DNA of 64,000 nucleotides from a bacterium (GTDB lineage Bacteria; JACRDZ01; JAQUKH01): NCBI GenBank assembly GCA_028719205.1, contig JAQUKH010000005.1, positions 1 to 64,000 of the forward strand, read 5' to 3'. Shown piece by piece: positions 51,586 to 59,931 of this stretch (position 1 is its first letter; each line of letters starts with the position of its first letter). The notes under the pieces were generated by a model. It saw only the letters and a program-made list of their open reading frames with translations, ran no database searches and was not told where the DNA came from. The position numbers and the translations under genes were made by a program.

Positions 51586-51933
51586 ATGTTCGATTTTGAA
51601 AATCTGGAAGTCTACAAAAAAGCTAAAGAACTTAATAAGGAAATTTTAAGTTTTTAAGAAAAAACAAACAGATCGATTACTATTTGCGTGATCAATTACG
51701 AAGAGCATCAATAAGCATGGTTATTAATATTACAGAAGGAAGCGACCGATTTTCCAAGCGGATAAGAAAAACTTCTATATTATTGCCAGAGGTTCAACTT
51801 ATGAATGTGTTTCTTGCTGGAAATAATTTTAGAAGAAAAACATTTAACAGTACAAATATTTAAAAGTTTCTATCAAAAATTTGAAATTATATCTAAAATG
51901 CTTTTAGGCTTAATAAATAGTCAAAAGATTTGA
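51586..51933 (+). pseudogene. Four-helix-bundle (23S rRNA IVP family) protein, frameshifted
   Basis: Fragments in different frames: MFDFENLEVYKKA, LRDQLRRASISMVINITEG, NFYIIARGSTYEC and ISKMLLGLINS. Confidence 0.85.
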
Positions 51934-51982
51934 TGGTTTTCTTTAAGTGGTGACAAACACCAGCCTTCCGCCGCAGGAGTAA

Positions 51983-52060
51983 GGGGCAAAGCCCTATGTA
52001 GAGCGCATAGCTAGATTCCAACCCCCGGCACCATTCCTTTATGTGTTTTTTCTTTTAAAA
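51983..52060 (+). repeat. Direct repeat A with degenerate tRNA-Leu tail (left boundary of cassette)
   Basis: ggggcaaagccctatgtagagc...gattccaacccccggcacca-ttcctttatgtgttttttcttt. Confidence 0.7.
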
Positions 52061-52205
52061 TTTCAAGTTTATTTCTTGGCTGATTCTTGTTTTAATTATT
52101 GTTTCCCTTAAAATTTTATTCACCATGCGTCATGGGTTTACCTTTAACTTTGCGAAGATGATAAATCTCCGGTATCAATTCCTCTGCAATCTTGGGACTA
52201 TACAT
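52055..52205 (-). pseudogene. Small ribbon-helix-helix-like mobile-element protein, frameshifted
   Basis: GAAGGTG RBS, then MYSPKIAEELIPEIYHLRKVKGKPMTH; continues as VNKILRE in another frame. Confidence 0.5.
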
Positions 52206-52411
52206 TTTTTCACCTTCTTTTTTTTAAATTTAAATAACCATTGTCACTATAGGCCGTTGTAATGAGAGTGAAAAGAGAGGAAAGTTGATAAAAATAATAA
52301 ATAAAACAACTAACCTAGGATTAATTAAAATTTAGTTGGCAATTCTTTTAGATTAGGTGTAAAATTTTGTATTATTTAAATAATTAATGTTTACAGAATT
52401 ACCAAAAATCC

Positions 52412-52966
52412 ATGGAAGATCATCTTGTTGTAGACTTCTTAAATGATTTAAGACTCGAAATTCGTGAAACAAAAAAAGAGCGAGCAGATTTTATACGTCA
52501 GAAGTTTACCTATGTGATAGGATTATTAGGAATTGGAAGCATTTCAATTGGAAGTTTCAAACCCCTGATTCTTCTATATCTTGCTCCGATTATTGCGTTT
52601 ACTTTCGACCTATATATTGTTGGTGCAAGTTTTAAAATCAAAAGAGCAGGTGGTTTCCTTTGTCGGGAAGATTCTAAATCATCAAGTGAAGAAAAAAAAT
52701 GGGAGGAATGGGTTAGACAAAACAGGGATCCATTCCCCCAATTAGCAGGCTTGCTTGTGTCAATTATGGTACTCTTCGTATCAATGATAGTGCTTTGGTT
52801 AGAAGACAAAAATAATCTTTTTTATTGGGCATGGATCATAATTAATCTCCTGATTCTTATAGGAGTGTGGACATATAGTTATATACTTAATGAAGCAATT
52901 CACAAATTTGAAATAAAAAAAATAATAATTTTATTTATATCAATTTTTAAATCGAGGGGAAAATGA
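52412..52966 (+). CDS. 4TM membrane protein
   Basis: LRLEI...K-TM-TM-D...IKRAGGF...WEEW-TM-TM architecture. Confidence 0.75.
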   Translation: MEDHLVVDFLNDLRLEIRETKKERADFIRQKFTYVIGLLGIGSISIGSFKPLILLYLAPIIAFTFDLYIVGASFKIKRAGGFLCREDSKSSSEEKKWEEWVRQNRDPFPQLAGLLVSIMVLFVSMIVLWLEDKNNLFYWAWIIINLLILIGVWTYSYILNEAIHKFEIKKIIILFISIFKSRGK

Positions 52967-53520
52967 TCGATTTATTGGAATATATAAAAATTCAATGGGA
53001 AGATATACATCATTCTCGAAATCAAGAATGGAGAGTTCTAGCAATAATTATTGGAATTTTTTATGCCCTTTTTAATATAAATCCAGCAAGCTACAACGAA
53101 TTACATATAGCAATTACAATTTTAGGATTAATTGCATGTGGAATGGGTGTATATATGAGTGTTATTCATTGGTTTCTTTTTTATAATAAACTGCATGTAA
53201 TTTCGGCTTGTGAAAAAGAATTAGGCCTTGAAGTAAATTTTTATAAACCACCCTTTGCCGTTCAAGGGCTAATATTATTAAGCTATTTTTTTGTTGCAAG
53301 TATTTTAATCGGATGGTTAACATGGCTAATATCAGAAACAATTTGGATTTCTTATTTCATTTTTACTTTATGTTTTTTAATCGGTTTTAGCATTTGTATC
53401 ATTATTAAAATCAGGATTCAAAAGAAAATAGAAGAGAATACATCGATTACTTTCAAAAAAGGGAAAAAAAATGAGGAAAAACCAAAAACAACAGTTTCCA
53501 TTAATAGCGGAATTGAATGA
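52963..53520 (+). CDS. 4TM membrane protein
   Basis: EYIKIQWEDIHHSRNQEW-TM-TM...CEKELG-TM-TM; ATGA overlap with the upstream gene. Confidence 0.75.
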   Translation: MIDLLEYIKIQWEDIHHSRNQEWRVLAIIIGIFYALFNINPASYNELHIAITILGLIACGMGVYMSVIHWFLFYNKLHVISACEKELGLEVNFYKPPFAVQGLILLSYFFVASILIGWLTWLISETIWISYFIFTLCFLIGFSICIIIKIRIQKKIEENTSITFKKGKKNEEKPKTTVSINSGIE

Positions 53521-53965
53521 TTTGACTAATTGCCTCAATCAAATGGGAACAAAACCGCTTAAACTAATTGCTAATAAAGTTTATAGAGAAGTTAAAGAAA
53601 CCAAATGGGATGTTCCTATGTGGAGTTTTATAAGCAACAAAGGAATTATTAAAGATAAAAAGCTACTCACCAATCCAGAAGATACTTTTCAATTCTCACT
53701 TGCTAATCAACATTCAAAACAAGATTTTCATGTGCACAAAAAAATATTTGAGATTTATGTCTCTTATTCAAAAATAGAAATATTGTATATCAATAAAGAG
53801 AAAACAAAAGAATCCTTAAAAATTTTCAGAGGGATATTAATTGTCCCTCCTATGTTGATACATAAAATTAAATTGCACGGTATCACCTTTGTTTTCCAAG
53901 TTGGGGCTAAAGGATCTAAAGTCCATAATGATAAAAAAATATTAAAATCTTCAGCTTATAGATAG
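53471..53965 (+). CDS. Cupin-fold protein
   Basis: FHVHKKIFEIY...ILIVPPMLIHKI (H-x-H...E...H metal motif). Confidence 0.7.
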   Translation: MRKNQKQQFPLIAELNDLTNCLNQMGTKPLKLIANKVYREVKETKWDVPMWSFISNKGIIKDKKLLTNPEDTFQFSLANQHSKQDFHVHKKIFEIYVSYSKIEILYINKEKTKESLKIFRGILIVPPMLIHKIKLHGITFVFQVGAKGSKVHNDKKILKSSAYR

Positions 53966-54129
53966 TATTGTTTTGCAACATAGGCTATCTTTTAATATAA
54001 AATTATATTTTATAAACTTAATATATTTGATCATTTGGCAATAATTTGCTTATAGCTATTTTCCAAATTATAAATAATGATGTTTGTTTTTTGTTTTTTA
54101 TAGTAAAATTATAATATCCAATTAAAGGG

Positions 54130-57003
54130 GTGTTCATGTCTAGTTTAACATTTATTCACCTTTCTGATCTTCATATTGGGCAAAAGGACGAAAAGGGAAA
54201 TGAGCCGCCACAGGATTGCGCCGGACTTAATGCAAAAAAACTAATTAATGATTTACTAAAAATACGAGAAGAAAAATCTATCTCATTTCGTCCAGACGAA
54301 ACATTTTTTTTAATCTCTGGGGACATTACGAATACATGTAAGTGGGATCAATTCGAAATTGCAATAATGTTTATTGAGCAAATTCGGAAACAATATTCTC
54401 TTAAATTTGGGGGATTTGAGCTATCTTCTGATCACTTCATTTGCATTCCAGGAAACCATGATTTAAAATTAGCTGAAATAAAAAATCCCAAAGTATCTTT
54501 TTTTGAAAAATACTTGCCATTTAAATCTTTTTTGGATTTTGTAACAGACTATTCATCTTTTGCGCGTAGTTTTACTCACGAAAATCCATTTATTAATATA
54601 AGATTTGATACTCCACTTAGTACACAAATAATTTGGATTGATACTTGCAGGACTATAGATTATTTTGACTCTCGCCCCAAAGAAAAACGAAAATCTTTAT
54701 TACAGGGGACTTTCGGATATATAACAGAAGATTACTTAAGCTCCTTAGAAAAGACTCTTTTACTCGAAGATCAAAAAGTCCTCAGAATTGCTTTAATGCA
54801 TCATCCATTAACAGACTTATCTACTGGGGATAGTACCCCATCGGATGGAATTTCTATTAGTAAATTAATTTCTTGGCTAACAAAACATAAATTTGCTTTA
54901 ATTTTCTCTGGACATATTCATTATACCGAGGCAACTGGATATTCAAAACCTGATCATAAAATGCCAGAATACCCTGGAAGCATTAGTGAAAACAGTGTTG
55001 GGCATTCATTTCCAACAAAACCTTCTGTTGAACCAATTAGTTATGAAATAATTCAGATTGAAGAACACTTTGGAAAAACAGTTAGCAGGAAATATACCAG
55101 GCAGTTCTCATGGAGCACAAACACATTGGCAGATGAAAAAAACAAATGGACTGATAATAGCGAATCGAAAAATCCTATAAATCTACCAAAAATTTATAAT
55201 ACAAAAGATTTTCTAGGTATTAAAGGATCAAATGTATGGCACGTAATATCACATTGCAAACCGGGAAAATTTGAAAATTACGGAGCACAATCACCTGGTG
55301 AAGTCGTTAATAGTTTGATGCTTCACTTACTTAGCCAACCACAAAATGATTTAATTCATGTAACAGAAAAAACCAAAATTAATTGGAATATTTTTGCAGG
55401 AAACAATCTGCTATTTGTTATAGATTCTCCACATTTTAATCCTTATACAAGACAATTACTAACAGACTATAAAACCTATTTAGCTGGCGGGAATGTTGAA
55501 TTCATTGATGAACCGAATCAATTAAATGTTAAACAAAGAATTCAAATCGGCAACCAACCTCCTTTAGCTTCAACTAAACAACCTGAGCAAACTCTTTTTG
55601 ATTGTTATGAAGATTACTTACTGATTATGCGCCTTCCTGGCTTTGAACCTCATAAAAAAACCAAGAAGTTGGAAATAAAAGATCTTGACGAGAATAAAGT
55701 TATTTGGATAATTGCAGGTATCCATAGCAAAGCTAGCTATGCTGGAACACAGATATTTAATGCAGATAATTTGCAAAAATTCACTTCCAGTCTAAACAAA
55801 TTAAGTAATGGTAAAATTCCTAAATATTTTGAAATTGTATACAAAGTCCCTCAGGAAAAACCCAAAATAACTGATTTTTCCTCACTGGAACGCGTATATT
55901 TCAATGTTTTACGTCTAAAAAAAGATGTTGCAATGGGAGATGATTTACCATCCGGAGTTGCTGTTATCTTATCCTCTAATAAGAATGTTTGGGCAAAAAC
56001 TCCGGTCCATATAGTTCATTTAGATCCAGTTGCAGGATGCAATTATTCATGCCCAGAATGTATTGAAAATGAAATGAAAAATAAAAATTTATTTTTATCA
56101 ATTAAAAGTTGTATACGTATTCTTTGTGATTTAAAAAAAATTGGCTGTGAACGTATAAATTTTTATGGTGGTGAACCGACTCTTCATCCAGAATTTCCCG
56201 AGTTATTAAATGCTACTTCTGCAATGGGATATAATTCACTTCTAGTAACTAACGGTTCACAATTGCATAATCAAGATATAACTAATTCATTAATTTATGC
56301 TTCTTCCAAAATTCATATTCGGGTTTCCTTAGATGCACATAATCAAAATACTTACGAAAAGATTCATGGAATCAATAAAAATACAGCTGACGTTGGAGTG
56401 ATTAAAGATACGATTAAGTTTTTAATTAATCAGGGAATCCCTGTTAGTATTTCTATTTTGGTAAGGCCAGAAATTGTAAACGAATTAGAATCTGCCGTTA
56501 ACTTTTGGAGAAATGCCCATGCAACAGCAATAATACTTCGTCCCCTTACCGCAAGAAATGGCAAAGGACCTATCTTACCGAGTAAAACCGATGATTCTCA
56601 AACAATACTAAGTATACTGAATAAAAACAAGGGATTTGTTCTCACACCTTTTTGGTTTCATAATTTACTTCAAAATCACCCAGAAACTCAGAAAAAAGAT
56701 TATTATACGTGTTATTCTGGTTATTATCGTATAGCCATATCTCCATATAATGAATCATGTCCAAAAGCGGAAAAGGAAATAGAGAGTATCCCACTTACGC
56801 AAACCAACGATGCATGGATTTCCCTTTGCACATATCGCCGTTTTGACCCCAATTTTGGTTGTAAATACCCCTCAGATTTAAATCAATGGCTTAAAGATTA
56901 CAGACAGCAAATTTTAAATAAAATTGATCCTTCAAAAAACTGTAACGAAATATTTTGTTGCAGAGATGGATATAATCGCCAGATATCCTCTCTTACAAGG
57001 TAA
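54130..57003 (+). CDS. Calcineurin-like metallophosphoesterase fused to a radical SAM domain with Twitch/SPASM-like tail
   Basis: HLSDLH, SGDIT, PGNHD, HHP and GHIH; CNYSCPEC, GGEP, VTNG and RVSLDA; C-terminal Cys cluster. Confidence 0.85.
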   Translation: MFMSSLTFIHLSDLHIGQKDEKGNEPPQDCAGLNAKKLINDLLKIREEKSISFRPDETFFLISGDITNTCKWDQFEIAIMFIEQIRKQYSLKFGGFELSSDHFICIPGNHDLKLAEIKNPKVSFFEKYLPFKSFLDFVTDYSSFARSFTHENPFINIRFDTPLSTQIIWIDTCRTIDYFDSRPKEKRKSLLQGTFGYITEDYLSSLEKTLLLEDQKVLRIALMHHPLTDLSTGDSTPSDGISISKLISWLTKHKFALIFSGHIHYTEATGYSKPDHKMPEYPGSISENSVGHSFPTKPSVEPISYEIIQIEEHFGKTVSRKYTRQFSWSTNTLADEKNKWTDNSESKNPINLPKIYNTKDFLGIKGSNVWHVISHCKPGKFENYGAQSPGEVVNSLMLHLLSQPQNDLIHVTEKTKINWNIFAGNNLLFVIDSPHFNPYTRQLLTDYKTYLAGGNVEFIDEPNQLNVKQRIQIGNQPPLASTKQPEQTLFDCYEDYLLIMRLPGFEPHKKTKKLEIKDLDENKVIWIIAGIHSKASYAGTQIFNADNLQKFTSSLNKLSNGKIPKYFEIVYKVPQEKPKITDFSSLERVYFNVLRLKKDVAMGDDLPSGVAVILSSNKNVWAKTPVHIVHLDPVAGCNYSCPECIENEMKNKNLFLSIKSCIRILCDLKKIGCERINFYGGEPTLHPEFPELLNATSAMGYNSLLVTNGSQLHNQDITNSLIYASSKIHIRVSLDAHNQNTYEKIHGINKNTADVGVIKDTIKFLINQGIPVSISILVRPEIVNELESAVNFWRNAHATAIILRPLTARNGKGPILPSKTDDSQTILSILNKNKGFVLTPFWFHNLLQNHPETQKKDYYTCYSGYYRIAISPYNESCPKAEKEIESIPLTQTNDAWISLCTYRRFDPNFGCKYPSDLNQWLKDYRQQILNKIDPSKNCNEIFCCRDGYNRQISSLTR

Positions 57004-57117
57004 TATTTTATAGAAAATTACTCAACTTTACCCCCCATAGCCTTAAAATAGAAGGACTATGAATAAAAACAATAACTACAATCTAATCACCTTCTTTGCT
57101 GAAACTAATTTCCGCGG

Positions 57118-57193
57118 GGGGCAAAGCCCCTATGGAGAGCTAAGCGAAGATTAGGACCTCCGACACCATACCTTAATGTATTTTTCTTTCAAA
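57118..57193 (+). repeat. Direct repeat B with degenerate tRNA-Leu tail (right boundary of cassette)
   Basis: ggggcaaagcccctatggagagc...gacctccgacacca-taccttaatgtatttttcttt; the tail matches the tRNA end gacctccggcacca at 13 of 14 positions. Confidence 0.7.
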
Positions 57194-57388
57194 TCAATAA
57201 TCATAAAAAAAGAAAATACTTTCAAATTTGATAAATAGTCCAAAATATTAGTTTTCATTTCTTCTCTTTATATTCATCAATATTACTTGACTAATATTAA
57301 ATACAGGATTAGAATTTTAATAATTTGTTTGAGCTTCTCAACAACAAAGAATTTCATATATTAATTGTTAGTACTATAAATAAAAAAA

Positions 57389-58420
57389 ATGAATAAATAT
57401 ATTTTATATTGTATTTTAATAATATCTTTGTTAATCATTCCAAAATTTATTTGGGCTAGAAGAGAAATACCCGATAACAATCTTGATTATCCTGTTCTTA
57501 TTACTTTATCTAATAAATATACTGGAAGTGGATTTTTTCTCCTATCCAAGAATATAGTTTATTTTGTAACAGCAAGACATGTATTATTTAGCGATCTTCC
57601 GAAACAGATATATAAGAAATATTTGCTTCCGAAAGATAAAATATTGCCAAACAACATCGATAAAATAAGTTATGATAATTATAATAAATCAATTATATTT
57701 AACGGACGAATGACAGAAGATGAGTTACGTACCCTAATTGATTGGGCAACAGATATCGAATTGAAAAATATTATTCAAGAAATTTATAATGAAACACAAT
57801 TTAAATTAATTTCTGATTCAGCCGAATTGCTTTATTATTCAAATAATAATCAAAAGGTAATAGATATTAACCTTTTAAACCTTTTTAATTCAAAAAAATT
57901 AAAGTATTCCGATAGTTGTGATATTGCTGTTGCAGAAATTGTTCAGTTTGCCAATGAAACAACTATTGTATGGAATACGAAAAATGTATCGATAAAGAAT
58001 ATAGAACCAGACATTAAAAAGGCAAGTGCGGTAACTAAATATGATTCTATCTTAGTTAGTAATGAAATTTATGTTTTTGGATACCCTACATCTTTAGGTT
58101 TAAAGGATTTACCTCAATTAGACAAGAAAAAACCTTTGCTTCGCAAGGGAATAATAGCCGGGAAAAATGATAAATTAAAAACTATAATAATAGATTGTCC
58201 AATTTATTATGGCAACAGTGGAGGTCCTGTTATCCAAATAGAAGATGTTGATGCTAGCATGAAAGTCTTTACTGTTATTGGAATAATTAGCGAATTTGTT
58301 CCTTTTGTTGAAGAGCTACATAGTTCAAAATACGGTTACACAAATACTAATATTTCAAATTCTGGTTATGCAATAGTTGTTCCAATAGATTTTATTCTCG
58401 AACTAATTGAGTCAAAATAA
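57389..58420 (+). CDS. Trypsin-like serine protease with signal peptide
   Basis: TGSGF, VTARHV (His), CDIAV (Asp) and GNSGGP (Ser); hydrophobic N-terminus. Confidence 0.9.
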   Translation: MNKYILYCILIISLLIIPKFIWARREIPDNNLDYPVLITLSNKYTGSGFFLLSKNIVYFVTARHVLFSDLPKQIYKKYLLPKDKILPNNIDKISYDNYNKSIIFNGRMTEDELRTLIDWATDIELKNIIQEIYNETQFKLISDSAELLYYSNNNQKVIDINLLNLFNSKKLKYSDSCDIAVAEIVQFANETTIVWNTKNVSIKNIEPDIKKASAVTKYDSILVSNEIYVFGYPTSLGLKDLPQLDKKKPLLRKGIIAGKNDKLKTIIIDCPIYYGNSGGPVIQIEDVDASMKVFTVIGIISEFVPFVEELHSSKYGYTNTNISNSGYAIVVPIDFILELIESK

Positions 58421-58553
58421 ATTTTGGCCTCACAATTCATCTGAATATTAACCACCTTTTGGTGTCGGTAACCGGCAGGCAAGCTTAAATATTATTTGCT
58501 CATTGTAAAGTTTGTAAAATATGGAATTATATAATAATTATAAAAGGAGGCTA

Positions 58554-59612
58554 ATGTTGCCTAGCTATAAGAAATTGTTTTCACTCTTTCTTTTCTTGAT
58601 TTTGATACAAGTCAATTGTGCCCATACTCCCCAAACCTTAAAAGATTGGGTAAAAGAAAGGGGCTATACTTATTACACAGACTATTCAACAATAAACATT
58701 TTAGGTTACGAAGACCAAAAAGGCAAATTACAAAGCAATCCATACTTATCTGTATCTTCTGAAAAAGGAAATGTCCCAGATGTTTCGCAAGAAAAAAAAC
58801 ATATATTTAAAATTGAAGGTAAAGCCGAAATTGAACGCTTTTTAAATACTGCTACAGAAGGCAATATAACAGGCAAATTTGAAAGAAGTGCCGAAGCAGA
58901 GATAAAATTGGAAATGCCCTTCAAAAAAGAGGCATCAGCCTTTATTCCACTCGGCCCCTGTGATAATCGAGTAATATCAATTGTTACTAAGGTATTAAAC
59001 ACAGGGAGCATGAAATTAAGGATTAAGGATAAAAGCGGTATTGATATAACAAGCACATTTAAGCCAATACTTGCTAAAACTGAGAGTGGAGTTCTAATTG
59101 AATCTGGAGATGAAATAACCATTTCCGGGAATAACTTCTATGTTGGTTATCAAACAGAGTTAAAACATTGTTATTTGGTTAAAGAAAAAGAAATAATCCT
59201 TAAACTAAGGGAACAATATCATGACAGTGAACTTGGTATTTATGCATTACTTTCTGATTACAGGGAGGAAAATTTTAGGGGAGAAGCATTAGTATATATA
59301 ATCCCAAGTAATTTTACTGATTCTAAAGCAATTGGGGAAAATATAAACTGGACACCTTTTGGTGAAATAAATGTAAAGGCAGGGAATCCATGGGAAGATG
59401 CTATAAACCTTTCTGATAAAAAAGGCAACGAAGAGCCTTGGAGGTTTACAACTTCAAATGGATTTAAATTAAAATTTGGAGACCATTTAGGCCTTCCAGG
59501 AATTTCTGGGATATCAGGATTTTACATAGAGGTTGTATCATTGAACAAGGAAGAGGTAAAATTAAAAGTGCAACATATAAAATATGAAGTTGTAGAGAAA
59601 AAGGAGAAATGA
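58554..59612 (+). CDS. Exported or lipoprotein hypothetical protein; N-terminal half resembles bacterial gasdermin
   Basis: AGGAGG RBS before ATG 58554 and a signal peptide ending QVNC; see finding. Confidence refers to the CDS; the fold call is weaker. Confidence 0.7.
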   Translation: MLPSYKKLFSLFLFLILIQVNCAHTPQTLKDWVKERGYTYYTDYSTINILGYEDQKGKLQSNPYLSVSSEKGNVPDVSQEKKHIFKIEGKAEIERFLNTATEGNITGKFERSAEAEIKLEMPFKKEASAFIPLGPCDNRVISIVTKVLNTGSMKLRIKDKSGIDITSTFKPILAKTESGVLIESGDEITISGNNFYVGYQTELKHCYLVKEKEIILKLREQYHDSELGIYALLSDYREENFRGEALVYIIPSNFTDSKAIGENINWTPFGEINVKAGNPWEDAINLSDKKGNEEPWRFTTSNGFKLKFGDHLGLPGISGISGFYIEVVSLNKEEVKLKVQHIKYEVVEKKEK

Positions 59613-59931
59613 GCATAAAGTCGATCCAAAAATTATTTAAACAAAAATGACCGCAATGGTAGATGACACAAAAATACAAGACCACAAGTGACATAATATT
59701 TTTTGCCAAAGCAGGTAACAAAAACAATCATTCCTCAGGAGGAGATCTTTTAGCCGGTTCTAAAAGAAAGCAATATATAACAATCCAGACTATCATTGCC
59801 AACAACACCTTACCCCCCTCCTTCCAATGACGAAACCTGTTTATTATGTATTCCATAATATTTTAATCGTCAATTAGAATTCAGGATTTTTGGCAGGCCA
59901 AATGCAGCAGCAAACTAAAATTTAACAAATT

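Larger units (their letters stand above)
50239..59612. mobile_element. Degenerate genomic island / tandem cassettes at tRNA-Leu (no integrase seen; right boundary uncertain)
   Basis: Three downstream copies of the tRNA 3' end, pseudogenes and visibly AT-rich accessory genes. Confidence 0.7.

Noticed and set aside
51586..51933. Avd-like gene suggesting a diversity-generating retroelement
   Set aside because: No reverse transcriptase or TR/VR pair is seen in the window, and the gene is a frameshifted generic four-helix-bundle.
54130..57003. Calling the fusion a prokaryotic viperin
   Set aside because: GGEP and TNG motifs are shared by many radical SAM enzymes. The viperin-type N.H...CNY.C.FCF context is absent and a Twitch/SPASM-like tail is present, so it is left unassigned.
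58458..58485. Inverted ccgacacca tRNA-tail-like match between the protease and gasdermin-like genes
   Set aside because: Only about 9 nt and in the opposite orientation; could be chance.
50239..59900. CRISPR array or integron attC array
   Set aside because: There are no regularly spaced identical repeats and no clear attC RYYYAAC...GTTRRRY stems; the repeats derive from the tRNA tail.
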